Below the pieces are notes generated by a model, which had not been told where the DNA came from, made no database searches, and worked only from the letters and a program-made list of their open reading frames with translations. 64,000 bases of DNA from Anaeromyces robustus (Eukaryota), in contig MCFG01000099.1 in assembly GCA_002104895.1 (NCBI GenBank), positions 1-64,000 on the forward strand, given 5' to 3'. The position numbers and the translations under genes were made by a program. How positions within the stretch are numbered: position 1 is the first letter of the stretch; each line of letters starts with the position of its first letter. Below, piece after piece: positions 12,975-39,642 of the stretch.

Positions 12975-13531
12975 AGTGTGCATTTCGGCAATGTATTTTG
13001 TAAATGTATCGCTCATTAAAATAACGTATTATTTAAATGTATTATATTGTGGCTTATAAATTAAATTAATAAAAAATTTATTATATTATTAAAATCAATA
13101 TTTTATTTATTATTGATTTATGAAACCAATTTATTAGTGACATCTTCTTTTTATTAATATTTCTTTTTTTTTTTTTTTTTTATTTAACTTATGAAATAAA
13201 TAAAATATTAAGTGAAATTTAAAATTTATCTATAATTATTTAAATTATTAAATAAATAAAATATTAAGTGAAATTTAAAATTTATAAATTCTTTAAATTA
13301 TGAAATAAATAAAATATTAAGTGAAATTTAAAATTTATATTTATAATTCTTTAAATTATGAAATAAATAAGAAATGCTTTAATATACAAGTACTAGTAGT
13401 ATATAAACTCTCTTAAAAAATTTTTATATAAATGTGGCGTTAAAATATTTATATAAATTTACAATATAAAATGTGGCGTAAAGGACCATTCAATGCAAAA
13501 AATTTCATGTACATTGCCGAAATGCAACACT
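12975..13531. mobile_element. MITE-like non-autonomous DNA element (~555 bp)
   Basis: Perfect 17-bp inverted repeat TGCATTTCGGCAATGTA (12979-12995) / TACATTGCCGAAATGCA (13510-13526), extendable outward with one gap. The interior is non-coding, with ~3 direct repeats of AAATAAATAAAATATTAAGTGAAATTTAAAATTTAT and 2x AAATGTGGCGT. No clear TSD (A-rich flanks). Confidence 0.6.
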
Positions 13532-14609
13532 CAGAAAAAAAATATGTATGGAATAATTTTATTTTTATGACAACTTAACCATAACAATTTTATATTGAAA
13601 TTTTCCATATTTTTAATATAAAATTGTATATTTAAAAATAAATAATGTATAAATAAAATTATATTGTTTAAATTAAAACCAAAATACAAAATAAAAATAC
13701 TGTAAGAAACAAAACGAAGCATTTATTTATTTAAAAATAATATATATAAATTTTGGAAAAACTTTTATATATAAATAATTATTGTAAAAGAGTAAAGTTA
13801 ATAGAAATATTTGAATATTTTTCATAAGCACTATAATTATTATGTTATTTATTTCTTTTTTTTTTTTTAAATTTTTATATATTCTAATATTTCATTTTTT
13901 TTTAATTCATAATTATTATTTATTTTATTTTTTTATTTTATTTTATTTTATTTTATTTTATTTTATTTTATTTTATTTTATTTTATTTTATTTTATTTTA
14001 TTTTATTTTATTTTAACATTTTTTAAAATTTAATGTATTTATCTATTGAAAAATTGTTTTATAATAAACATAATCATAATAAGCATATTAATTGTAAAAA
14101 TCACAATAAGCATAATAATTGAAATAATCAAGAAAATTTGTAAAAATATTTTATAAAAAATATAATTATTTAATATATATATTAGGTAATATTAATTTTT
14201 AAAAATTAAAATATAAAGGATAATCTGAGTACACTTTATTTATGTAATACTAATTAATTGGTTTTATAATGTTTATTATAAATAATAAACATTATTATTA
14301 TTTATTTTTTCTTTTAATTTTAATTAGTAAGAAAAAAAAAATAAAAAAAAAAATTAAAACTAAATAAAAGATGATTATTTAATTTATAATATAAATTAAT
14401 AAAAAAGGATTATTAATATAGAGAAAAAGATTTTTAATTTAGAGTAAACTTTAATTTTAATCATAAAAATTAAATTTCATCAAAAGAAAAAATAAAGAAA
14501 AGACAATATATGTTTTTTATTTACAATTTTCTTAAGTAAATTCTTATTTTTATTTTATTTTTCCTTTTTTTTTTTTTTTTTTTTTTTCCTTTTATTTATA
14601 TAATGTTTC

Positions 14610-14640
<31 letters not shown>

Positions 14641-15227
14641 TATTTTTTTTTATAGTTTTAATTTTAATTTTATTTTCTTATATATATACATATTTATAAT
14701 TTAATTAATTATTTATCATTGAATTTTATATATTAAGGTAAAAAAATAACTTTATATATTTTTTTTACTTAATAATTTTTACTTAATATATTATAAACAT
14801 AAATATATATATATATATTTAATGCTTATATTATATATATTAAGTAAAGTATAATTTAATTATCCTCAGGTAAATAAAAAATAATTAATAATAATAAGTA
14901 ATAGTTAATACACTAATACAAGTAGTGCCATCTTTCTAATTATTTTTTTAATAATATTAATAACAAATATTATTGAAACATAAATTAACATGAACTAGTT
15001 TATCTTTAATTAATATATAAGAATATAAATTAAATAAAATTGGCGATATTTTAAAAATAATGAGAAAAAATATGATAAATTATTTATATACGGAAAAATT
15101 AAAAAGAAAATAGATTTTATATTATTTTCATTATTTTCATTATAGATATTATTTATATACACTTTTTAACTTTAACATTTTCAAAATAAGGTTTATTAGT
15201 AATATATATGTATTATTATTTGTAAAA

Positions 15228-15323
15228 AATTTAATATGGATAATAAAAAATAAGAAAAAAAATTAATATGGATAATAAAAAATAAGTGAAAAAAAGAATT
15301 TAATATGGATAACAAAAAATAAG
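15228..15323 (+). repeat. Imperfect tandem repeat, 3 x ~33 bp (AATTTAATATGGATAATAAAAAATAAG)
   Basis: Direct reading. Confidence 0.8.
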
Positions 15324-16598
15324 TATTTAAGGTTAAATTAAAAATTCATATATGTATTATTTAAAATAAATAGATAACTTAATAAATAAATATTAAGTAC
15401 TTAACTCAAAATAAGTAAATAATTCTACATGAATAACTTAACATTTAAATTAAAAATTAAAATAATAAGAATCAAACAATAAATTATAAATAATTAGTAT
15501 CGTTTTATTTTTATCAGAATGAATAATAAATATAAATTTCTTTAATTATCCTTTAATAATACCTCATAAAAAATAATAAACATTGATATTTTATTATTAG
15601 CTTTTTTTTTATACCATTTTACAATACTATAAAATATATATTAAATATTTAATACTAACGGTGGTAATTGTTGATATCTTGTTGATATCAATATTTACTA
15701 AATTTATTAATATATTATTAATAATATAATAATAATATATAATATAACACTACTAATATTGAATAGTAATAATAGATTACTAAAAACAATAATAATAGTT
15801 AAAATCATAATTACATATTAATAATTAATAAGTTTAAAAAAAAAATAGTTAATAGTTAATGTTAATATTTTAAAATAAGTACAACATTTATAATAAATAT
15901 AATAATAATAATACGCTTGATTTATATTAACAATTTAATAATAGTAGCTCTAAAAAAGATATTAAAACAATTCGAAAATCTCAAATATATTGTTATATAT
16001 TAATAATTTAAGTTCTTATTGTTTTAATAAATCAATAAAGTAAATAAATTGTTACTATATAAATATTATTTATTAAAAGTTTTATATTTATAGATAGTTA
16101 TATATAAGAATAAACCAAAAAATATAAATATATAATATTATATTTTAAATAAACAATAATAACATTTCTTTTTTATGATAAGTTTTTATAGTAAAGATTT
16201 TTAAAAGTTAAAAATGATTAGGTATTAATTTTTAAAAATAAATATTTAAATATTTCATTAATTATTATAATTTTTCAATAAATTAATGAAATTTTTTAAA
16301 TCCATTAAATTTATAATGTATTAAGAATTAGGACATTTCAAAATATGAAATATTCTAATTTTTAAATAATAATCTATAATTAATTGACAATTATTAATAA
16401 AAGTTTTTTCTTTAAAAGAAAATATAAAGTTAAAGATTGATAAAATTAAAAAATAAGAACCTTTAAATTTTATTTACACAATTAATTATTCATACATTTT
16501 ATATATAATATATGTAATTTAAAAATAATAGTAATAAAATAATAACATCTAATAATAATATTAATAATAGTAATAATAGTAAGAATAATAATAATTAT

Positions 16599-16709
<111 letters not shown>

Positions 16710-17528
16710 TATCAAAATGACAATTAATATTATACAAAAAATAAATATTATTAATAATTTAAAATTATAATTATCTGAATCTAATATTATCTTATGTTAA
16801 TTATCTTATTTAATCATTAGTGTATTAATATATTTAAATCAAATAAATGCTTATATTTAGTTAATTTATAATTTCTATTTTTTTATCTTATAGATTTATT
16901 TGATTATATAAATATTATTTAATATTATTTAATAATAAAAATATAGAAAAAATACTCCATTTTTTAAATTTAATAAATATTATTAAATTCTTCTTTAATA
17001 TTTATGCTACATTGATATATTGATATATATTAAGAAAAAAAAAAAAAAAAAAAGAAATATTTTTTTGAAACAATGATCCCAATTGGCTGAAAATTAGAGT
17101 ATAGATCTTGAGAAGAGCTTCCAAATGAGTAGAAATCCGGAAACTTTCATATGTGGAGTCATGGTTATTTTTATATATTTAGTTCTTAACAAATTATTAT
17201 GAGGAGATAATAATTTTATTTCAACAAATTTAAAAAAATATTAAAAGGGTTTGGACAAACAAACAAATTATAAATTAAATATAATAAATAATTAAAAAAA
17301 AATAATTTACAAAAAATAATTATTCATTTAGTTTTATTTAAAAATTTAATTAATTTTCAATAAAGTATTTATTTATTTAATATTTTTATTTTTAATAGTT
17401 TTTAATAGTTATTCATTTAATTTTATTTATAAATTTAATTAATTTTTAATTAATTATTTATTTATATAATAATTTTATTTTTAATAATGAACTAACTTAA
17501 CTGACTAATTAAATAATAAATAAGTAAG

Positions 17529-17667
<139 letters not shown>

Positions 17668-18007
17668 AAAACATAATGATTAAATAAATATTTTTTATAT
17701 TCAATAATTGGACCATTCAATTTTTATAACCAATAAATTTGGAATTTTATTATTGAAAAAATGTTTTATTTTATGAATAATTAAATTTCAATAATTAACA
17801 GAAATATTATTAATAGTTATTATAATAGTATAAGATAAAAAGCAAAGGTAAACTTTTTTTTTTTTTTTGTAATTTATTTAAGTGCTTACTAAAATTTTAA
17901 AATACTAATCCAAATTTTATTAATAAAATTCAGTTAATATTTTAAAATATAAGTATATTTTTTTCATTAATAATATATCTAATCAATATAAATTTAATAG
18001 TTATATA

Positions 18008-18442
18008 ATGGATGACGATAAAACTACTTTTGAAACAAGTGAAGAAGTCAAAGTTGTTCCAACTTTTGAATCTATGGGCTTAAAAGAAAATCTTTTAAGA
18101 GGAATTTACGCTTATAGTAATATATATATTTTTTATTTCTTTTTTATTATATTATAATATAAAGTTTTTATTTTTTTATTTAATTTAATTAAAAAAATTA
18201 AATTAAATTGCTTTATATTTTTTTATTAAATATTTTTTGATTAACTTTAATTTTTTTTTTTTTTATTTACTTTGTATATAATATGCATTTTTAATAATTA
18301 ACCATTAAAATAAAATTAACAATATATAATATATTATTTAAATTCATCATGAACTAATTAAATACATATTAATTATTTAAATAATATAATTTATTATTTC
18401 AATATTATATTAATCTTTCATATTTTAAAATTTTATATATAC

Positions 18443-18473
<31 letters not shown>

Positions 18474-20574
18474 TGGATAAAAATTAATATAATTAAAATT
18501 GTAATATTATTCAATTTCAATATTTAATATACAACACTTAAATAAATTGTTATCATGATATAATAGATTTTGAAAAACCTTCTTCAATTCAACAACGTGC
18601 AATTGTTCCTATAATAAAAGGTCGTGATGTTATTGCTCAAGCTCAATCTGGTACTGGTAAGACAGCTACATTTTCCATTGCTATGTTACAAAAAATTGAT
18701 ACTAAAACTAGAGAAACTCAAGCAATTGTATTATCACCAACTCGTGAACTTGCAACTCAAATTCAAAGTGTAGTATTAGCTTTAGGTGATTATATGAATG
18801 TTCAATGTCATGCATGTATTGGTGGTACTAATATTAGTGAAGATATTAAAAAATTAGAATATGGTCAACATATTATATCTGGTACTCCAGGTCGTGTTGG
18901 TGATATGATTCGTAGAAGAAGTTTACGAACTCGTCACGTAAAAATGTTAATTTTAGATGAAGCTGATGAAATGTTAAATAAAGGTTTCAAAGATCAAATT
19001 TATAATGTTTATCGTTATTTACCACCAGATACTCAAGTTGTATTATTAAGTGCCACTCTTCCAAATGATATATTAGAAATGACTTCAAAATTCATGACTG
19101 ATCCAATTAGAGTTTTAGTTAAACGTGATGAATTAACTTTAGAAGGTATAAAACAATTCTTCGTACCTGTAGAATTAGAAGAATGGAAATTTGATACCCT
19201 TTGTGATTTATATGATTCATTTACTATTATTCAAGCTGTTATTTTCTGTAATACTAGAAAGAAGGTTGATTGGTTAACTGAAAAAATGAGAGAAGCTAAT
19301 TTCACTATATCATCAATGCATGGTGATATGCCACAAAAGGAACGTGATGCTATTATGCAAGAATTTAGACAAGGAAAAAGGTTTTTTTTTTTTTTTTTTT
19401 TTATCTTTTTTTTTTTTTTTAATGTAGACTATATAGACAATATATAAAAATTTTAATAATGAAATATTAATTATTATTATTATTATTATTATTATTATAG
19501 TCGTGTTTTAATTACAACTGATGTTTGGGCTAGAGGTATTGATGTACAACAAATTTCTACTGTTATAAATTATGATTTACCACTTGATCGTGAAAATTAT
19601 ATTCATAGGTAAAATTATTAAATTAAATATTTTTTATAATAATAAAATAGTAAAGATTTTTGAATTATTTTAGAGAATTAAAGTTTGCAATTACTTGAAA
19701 AAGAAAAAGAATATTTAAATATGCATTTATATCTTTAATTTTATTTTTATTATTTTAATTTCAAATTTCAAATTTCAAATTTAAATTTTAAAATTTAAAA
19801 CATTTATATTAAGAAATTATATAATTTAAAAACAATAAGACAATAAAGATTTAATTTATTAACATAGATATTAAGACATTTAGAATATTAAAATTAAGAA
19901 TAAAGAATTTTAAAATTAACAAAAAATTAAATTAAATTATAAAAATAATAAAACCTATTAAAATAATGAATCATCAAAAATAGTTAAACAACATTAAAAC
20001 AAACGTTAACATTAAAAGATTAAAAATTTGAAAGATTAGTAATATAAGAATAGAAAAAGTTTAATTGTTAATTCATTAGAAAGAAAAAAATAGCGTAATT
20101 CATTATTAAATATATATATATTTTTTCTTAAATAATTAAAATAATTTAAATAGAATTGGTCGTTCAGGTCGTTTTGGTAGAAAGGGTGTTGGTAAGTAAA
20201 ATAATATTAATAGTATAAGTAGTATAAATAAATAAAATAATATATATATATTTTTTATTATCATTTTTTTTTTTAATTTATATATACATATTAATGAATA
20301 TTATGTATCTTTTTTATTATTAAAAATAGCTATTAATTTTGTAAAGAATGATGAAATTAAAATTTTACGTGATATAGAACAATATTATAGTACACAAATC
20401 GATGAAATGCCAATTAATAGTAAGTTTTCTTTATTTCAAATTTTAATAAATATATTTATATGTAAAATATTTTTATATTTGAAATGATTATTAACCTTTT
20501 TTATTATATATATATATTTATATTTATTTATTTTATTTTATTTTTTTTTTATTTTAGTTACTGATTTGGTTTAA
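18008..20574 (+). CDS. FAL1: DEAD-box RNA helicase eIF4A-III / Fal1, 6 exons
   Basis: [49 protein letters not shown]...[10 protein letters not shown]...PTRELA...TPGRV...DEAD...SAT...[13 protein letters not shown]...[13 protein letters not shown]...[15 protein letters not shown]...[50 protein letters not shown] and DVWARG point to eIF4A-III rather than eIF4A-I. Confidence 0.93.
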
Positions 20575-20728
20575 TTTTTAAAAATATCTCAAAATAAATA
20601 CTGATAATACTAAAGATATTTATAATTTATATATTTTTAATCATTTCATTTTTTTCTTATTTATAAAACAAAATAATTTAATTTATAATCATATCTATAT
20701 TATTAATAATGTCAATGTTAAAATAAAA

Positions 20729-20775
<47 letters not shown>

Positions 20776-20809
20776 AAGTATCATTCGCATATATTAACAT
20801 AAGTTTTTG

Positions 20810-20864
<55 letters not shown>

Positions 20865-21430
20865 TAAATTTTAAATTTAGTTCTTTTTTTACTGTATTTT
20901 TTACTGTATTTTTATTTTTATTTTTTTTTTTAAATTAAAAAAAAAAAAAAAATTAGATTCAGTATTAAATTTTTTTATTGGAAATAAAAATTAATTATTG
21001 GTTAAATTTGTGTATTTTAAGTATATAATAGATTAAGAGCAGACAGGGCCAAATATATTAATTTAAAGAAGAAATATAGAAATATATTATATATTAATAA
21101 TTTATTATTATTATTATTATGAAATAAGATGTTTTTTTATAGATGTCTATTTTAATAATTAAAAAAGAAAAAAACAAAAAAAATATACTTAAGTAATAAC
21201 AATATATAATTAATAAAATTTTAATTTCTTTTCTTTTTACTATCTGATACAAGAAAACATTTATAAAATTTATTTATATATAAATTTTAAAATAATAATT
21301 AATATTGTTGAATTAAAGTTTTTTGAAATCCTTTTTATTAAATAATTTTATGTTACATAAGTTATAAGATAATACTTAGCGTTATTAAAAAAAAAAAATT
21401 GATAATTTATTAAAGGATGATATATTGAAA

Positions 21431-21929
21431 ATGTACAATAAAAATATTGAAAATAATTTTAATTTTAATAAAATAGAAAAAAAGAGAAAATATCCTGATT
21501 CTAAAGTGTTATCTGAGTCAGCTGTGGCATTAATATCTGTTGCACAAAAATATCGTAAAAATTTAAAAAAAATTGAGGATGAATTTAATGCTATAAAAAA
21601 AGAAGAAACAGAGATTCATAATAATTTTAGACGTTTACTCTTTCAAAATCAAAAACGTTTAAAAGAATTTAAAAATTCGGAGTTATCTAGAAGAGAAACT
21701 TATACTAAGGAATACTTAAAAAGTGTTGAAGATTTAAATAAGAAATATAAAAATCAATTACTTGATAAAACTATATGTAAAAAATGTTACAATAATGTTA
21801 TTTCAAAATCAACTCTTTGTATAAGTTGTCAAGAACCTGTATGTAAAAATTGTCAAGATGATAATATTTCATGGGGATGCTATCATTTTTCTGTTAATTT
21901 AAATGATACATCTCAAATGGATATAGGTA

Positions 21930-21974
<45 letters not shown>

Positions 21975-23718
21975 TTTATTATTTTTATTTAAATATAAAT
22001 ATTTATTTTTTTCTATTAAAATAATTATTATAGTACTTTTTACTTTATTCAATTATAATTATTTATAATTGATTTACTAACAATTCAAATATTATTTTAT
22101 TATTATAATTCTTCTTTTTTTATCATTATAAGATAAAAATGAGAATAATGGTATAGAAAATTCAACAGTAAATAATCATGATACCCATAATAATACTTTA
22201 AATGAAATTTGTTGTAAAGATTGCATTTCTTCTTTATTAGTTAAACGTTGTGAAAAATGTTTCAAACGCTTATGCTCTAATAAATGTCATTATATTTGTA
22301 ATATTTGTTGTAATAATAATATGAAAAGAAATATTTTATTATGTGATTCATGTAAAGATATAGTTCGACAATATCAAGAATCATTAATTAATAATGAGAA
22401 TAAAAATATTAAAACATTGAAATATACATTTATAAATGATTCATTTTTATGCTATAAATGTGAAAATCCTTTTTGTCATATTAATATGTGTAAATCATGT
22501 ACTGATAAAGAAGGTGCCATTTGTAAAAAATGTAATAAAGTATATTGTAGTCATTGCCAGAAAAAAAATAAATTTATAAAAATTGTAATGGATTCAGATT
22601 CTGTGCTAGAAAAGGATAAAAATTCAAAATTAATTGATAATATAAATCATAGTCATTGGGAATGCATAAATTGCTTAAAAAATAAAAAGTTTAGAAATAG
22701 TAATAGTGATAATAATAAAACGAAAGAGTTAAAAAATGAAGTTCAATCAAATGAAAATGATATGAATACTGATGATATTAATGATATTAATAAAATCAAT
22801 CGTAATACAATAGATAACAATTACATTGCAAATATGGATAAATTTGATAAGAAAGATCATCAAGAAAATAAAGCATCGGTTACTGAAACTACAATAATAA
22901 CCATGTCAAAAACAATAACAACCTCTACTCATAAGAATGACATTAAAATAAATAGTAATAATGATAATATTGATAATGTCAATAATACTGACAATAAAAA
23001 CATTAACATTATCAGTGATTATACCAATAACAACACCGATAACGACATCAAGAACAACAATAACGACAATAACGCCAGTAACGACAACAATATTAATAAT
23101 AATAATAGTGGTAGTAATAGTAATGATAATAGTAGTAATAATAACAATAATAACCTTCAAAATGATAATATAGTAAATAAAGATATATCATCAGAAGAAA
23201 TTATATATTTCAATGATAAAGAAAATATTCCTCTACGAAAAAATAATACTAAAAATAAAGTAAGAGAGATTGAAGCAAAATTAAATAGTCGAAACCATGG
23301 TAAATATTTTTCAAGAATGATGAAATTAAGACCTGAGATTAAAGCTTATCAACAACAACAAGAATCTTTCAATATAAAAGTCAAGAATAAACAAAATATT
23401 GATGATAAATCGGCTAATGTGACTAATAATAATATGATTGTAGTTAATCAAGAAACTATCCCTAAAAAGGAATCTGAAATTTCAGAAGACAAAAATAGAA
23501 AAGATAAAATTTTAAATAATGTAAAAAATTCAAATGAAAATGTTGAAGATAAAAATAGAAAAGATGAAATTTTAAATAGTAATGTAAAAAATACAAATGA
23601 GAATGTTGAAGATAAAAATAGAAAAGATGAAATTTTAAATAGTAATGTAAAAAATGCAAATGAAAATATTGTTATAAAACCATTAGAAAAAGCATTAAGT
23701 AATGTATCTTTAGAATAG
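21431..23718 (+). CDS. Uncharacterised protein: N-terminal coiled coil, long array of CxxC pairs, Asn-rich tail with 21-aa repeats; 2 exons
   Basis: Exon 21431-21926 joins exon 22133-23718 in frame across a GT-AG intron. It has many CxxC pairs (CKKC, CISC, CKNC, CKDC, CEKC, CDSC, CYKC, CKSC, CSHC, CINC) and C-terminal EDKNRKDEILNSNVKN repeats. Confidence 0.75.
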
Positions 23719-23971
23719 ATAGTTTTAATTATTATTTTATTTTTTTTTTTTTTTTTTTTTGATTTAAATTTGATATATTCATTTTTTTTTTTTTATTTAT
23801 TTTTTTAATCATGATTTTTAATATTATCTTCTTTTACTCTTTTTTCTTTTTTAATCATAATTATCAATATAATTAATATGACATAAAAATAAATTGAAAA
23901 TTATAATAGAATAATTAATCAAATAAAGTAATTTATTATTAACAATTCGTTTAATTCTAATTAATAAATAA

Positions 23972-24078
<107 letters not shown>

Positions 24079-24790
24079 ATGAATATATTAATAAATATTG
24101 TATAATATAAAATGCAAAGTTAAAAAAAAAAAAAAAAATCCCTTATAAAAATTATTATTACAATAAATAACTATATTAATTTTAGATAATAAAAATAAAT
24201 ATGTGGATGAATCTTATTTTATAAAAATTTTTATATGTAAATTAAAACACCGAATAAATAAACGAAAATTTTTAATAATATTAGTATTATACATATTATT
24301 CATTAACATCTACAATATATATATATATATTTAAGATATTATCCAATTATTATATAAATATGTATATTTTATCTTTTTTTTTTAATCTTTTTTTTTTTAA
24401 TCTTTTTTCATATTATTATTAAAAAAATTGAAAAAAATTATTATTTTTAATTCTATATAAAAATCTTTGTTCTATAATTAAATTTATTATTTTAAGTTTA
24501 TTAGTTTTTTTTTTTTTTTGTAATGTAAAAGATAAAAAAAGTAAATGATAATACCAAGTAACAATCTAACAAACAAAAATAACACATAATAATAATAATG
24601 TAAAAATAATAATAAGAATTATTAAAACATATTATAATAATAAATAATAAAAAAGTGATATCCTTGTTTTATAAAAATATATAAAATAGTTTGTTTTCCT
24701 TTTTATTTTTATTCTATTAATTAAATTTTTATTATTTAATACAACTGTCATATTTAATATATATATATAATATAAATTAAATTCTATAAA

Positions 24791-31646
<6,856 letters not shown>

Positions 31647-31899
31647 ATAACAAGAATAATAAAAGAATATTAAAAAATATTAAATAGAATAATAAATCAT
31701 TAATCACATTTTTTTAAATAGAAATGTATATAGATATAAAATAATTATTACCAAAATATATATATAATAATTACAATAGTGTAGTATATAAATGTATACA
31801 TAACAATCAGTATATAGAGATGTATATGATAATTATTATTATGCAAAAATGTATATATTGGAAATACATATAAAGTATATATTTAAATGATGAATATAA

Positions 31900-32006
<107 letters not shown>

Positions 32007-32671
32007 CTAAATAAATAAATAAGTTAAAAATGAATAAATTAATAAATTTTAAAATATTTATACAATACAATAAAAAAAATATATATTAAGCAATAATTAA
32101 ATAATATTATTATATACAGTTTATTGTAATAAAAATCAAGAGTTCGTATTGCTTAAATTTAAATTGATAAAGAATATATATATAGTATTTATTTTGTTAA
32201 TTTACTAATATACACTTTTTTTCACTTATATAATCATAGTGTATTTTTAATATATTAAAATAAGTTTTCAAAAAAATTTTTAAATGAATAATTATAAATT
32301 AATAAAACACAAACCTAAGACAAATATTCAAAAATTTGAATATATAATTCTAATAAAAAACATATTTTTTTTTATACTAAAAATTGATAGTTATTTTAAT
32401 AGATAAAACTATTATTTTATTATTTTATTTCATTCATATTTAGATATATTTAACTCAAAAATGTATGTTTATATTAATAAAAATTTTATATACAATTGCA
32501 TATTATATAATTTTTAGATAACAATTTATTATCATAAAAATAATATTAAAATAAGTGAATAAATAAATAGATTAATAATAAATAGGTAAATAGATTAATA
32601 AATGTATAAAATAAATAATTATATAGATAAATAATTAACTAAATAACTAAATAACTAAATAACTAAATAAC

Positions 32672-32834
<163 letters not shown>

Positions 32835-33170
32835 ATATAAACTATTTAAATAAATATAAATTATTTAAATAGATATTACAATATATATACATATATATAT
32901 ATATATATCAAACTAATTAATAATCAAAAATACTAATGAAAAAAAGTTTATCAAAAACATATATAAAAAATGCATAAGTAATTATTAATTGTTATCAAAA
33001 TTATTTTACAGAATTTAAAATTAAAAAAAAAAAATAGATATGAAAAAGGAAATCAAAAAGTTGTATATATTTTATGTTGTTGTTTTTAATATATTTAATA
33101 TATTATTATTGTATTGGTTAATTATTATAGTAATTATATTATTATTAATATATGAATATAAGATATATAT

Positions 33171-37062
<3,892 letters not shown>

Positions 37063-37986
37063 AATTTATTTCTCTTATATTGGGTATTTATGTTGAATAA
37101 AATTAATAAAATTATTTAATTATATAAATATTCATATATATATGTTCAATGTTTTATATTTGATTAAGATAAGTTTAATGTAGATTGTTTTATGTGTTTT
37201 ATGTATAATATTATTGACAGAAAAAAATTTTTTTTTAATTTGTTCTTAAGGATGCAGTAATGCAATATGTTTATACTTAAGAATATTAAAGTTTATCGAA
37301 CTATGAAAAAATTTTTTTATCTTTCTAATATATAAAGAAATAATAAATTTCACTTTGAATTTTATCCAATAATTTGTTTTATTATGATTTTTTTTTGTTA
37401 CTTTTAATTAGTGTTTAATATCAAATTATAGATGATAAAGCTATTCTTCATAAATTTACATTATAAAGATTTAAAGACAATGATTAATTATTTCATGAAT
37501 ATTGAAAAATATATATAGTATAATAAAAAATATTTTTTGGTATAAATATTAATTTTTTATAAATTTTTTTTATTGTTTTTATTTTAATATGAGTATATAT
37601 TATTAATATATATAATTGTAATTATAAATATATTTATTTTTATTTTAATTTATAATTTAATTTTTTATATAAATGATAATTTTAAAAAAACTATTAATTA
37701 TTATTTATTTTTAGTTTTGAAAAATATAAAATATAATTTAATCTCCATATTATATAATTTTTATAATAAAATATTATTATTTTTTTATTTTATTTTATTT
37801 TATTTTTTTTTTCTACTAATATATAAAATAAAATTTATATACTAAAAATCTTTTTTAGTATTATTTTTCATTCTTAAAAATATAATTAAATTTTAATTTT
37901 TTTAATTAAAAAAAAAAAAAATTATATATTATTTTCAAAATTTTATTTTTTATATTTTTATATTATTTAAATTCTTCAATAATATT

Positions 37987-38021
<35 letters not shown>

Positions 38022-39585
38022 TTATTGTTTTTTTATTTGTATTATAAAACGTTTCAACTCAATAAATTGAATTAATATTTAATGCTCTATATTAATATTT
38101 AAAATTCAGTTTTTTTTTTTTAATTAATTTTAATACAACTTTTTTATATTTTCAATTTTTTGTGATTTGATATAGATTATTATATGTTTTCATTTATATA
38201 ATATGTTATTATATTTTTAATTATTTATGTATATAATAATATTTAAATTTTATATCTTATATATATAAAAAAATAATTAATAATACCTAATTAATAATAA
38301 AATTTCTTTTCTTATAGTTATGATATATAACGTTAAAGTTTAATTTTTTAATAATAATTAAATTATTCTGGATTAAATATGAAATGAATATGTTGTTTAT
38401 CATTTCAGTTAATAATTATTTATTTATTCATTTATTATCAATATTATACTAAAAATAATAATTATTTATATATATATATTTTAAGTAAATATTCCTTTTT
38501 TTCTTGAAATTTTATTATATTCATATTTAATAATAGAATTATACCAATTATATTAATTATTATAAAAATTATATAGTTATTATTAAAAACAATAGAATAT
38601 ATATATAAATACATCTTATATGAATAGAAAATTTAAATAAATTTGAGCTCTCTCTATATAATAATACATAATATTCAATTATACATAATATTTATAATTA
38701 AAAATGACTATGGAATTAATAAGTAATTGTCATTTTCATGAAAATTGTTATTCGGTATTTATTAAATAAAATAAATGTATGACATAATAATACACAAATT
38801 GATATGTATATTAAAAAAAGTTTAATCTATAATATATCAATTTAATGTTAAATTCTAATTATTTATTTAACTTAAAATTGAAATTATATATATATGAATT
38901 CAATTTAAAAGCTTTATTTATTTACAAAATTTTAAGTTTATTATTGAATTATATATTATCCATATATTATGGATGTAATGGCTTTTTTCTTATTTATAAT
39001 AAGGTTTTTGAATATTGAAATTTAATTGATAACGATAAAAAAAAAAAAAAAGTGTCTCACCTTAAATAAATTTAAAAATTTTTTTGTGGATTTTTTGTTA
39101 TAGGATTTATATTTAAGAATCCAAACTTTTATCCAATAATATTGAAGACATTTTATATTATAATTAGTATAACATGTGAAAATAATAGAATTTTTAAAAT
39201 AAAAAAGAATTTGAAAAGAAAAAGATATAATAAAATTAGAAGTATATTTATATGTTTACGCTTGTGTGGATATACTTATTGTGATTAATTATTTAAAATA
39301 TAAAATATTTCTATATGTACATTTATATAACTAAATGGATCATAAATAATTATTAACATTCTATTTCTTTTCAATAACAATAACAAATTAGTAGTCAATA
39401 ATTTGATAATTTATTCATTTCTTATGAATTCATTACTAGATAAATATATATATATATATTTATATATCTTTAATTAATTATTATTATTATCCTTTTAAAT
39501 TTTTTATTTATTTTTTATTTTATATTTTTATATTTTTATATTAATACTATTTATATTATTTATTTTATTAATATTTTTTTGTAAT

Positions 39586-39642
<57 letters not shown>

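Noticed and set aside
13189..13368. Spaced direct repeats resembling a CRISPR array (also 15228-15323, 58161-58280)
   Set aside because: Eukaryotic context, spacers are related or absent, and there are no cas genes; these are ordinary tandem duplications.
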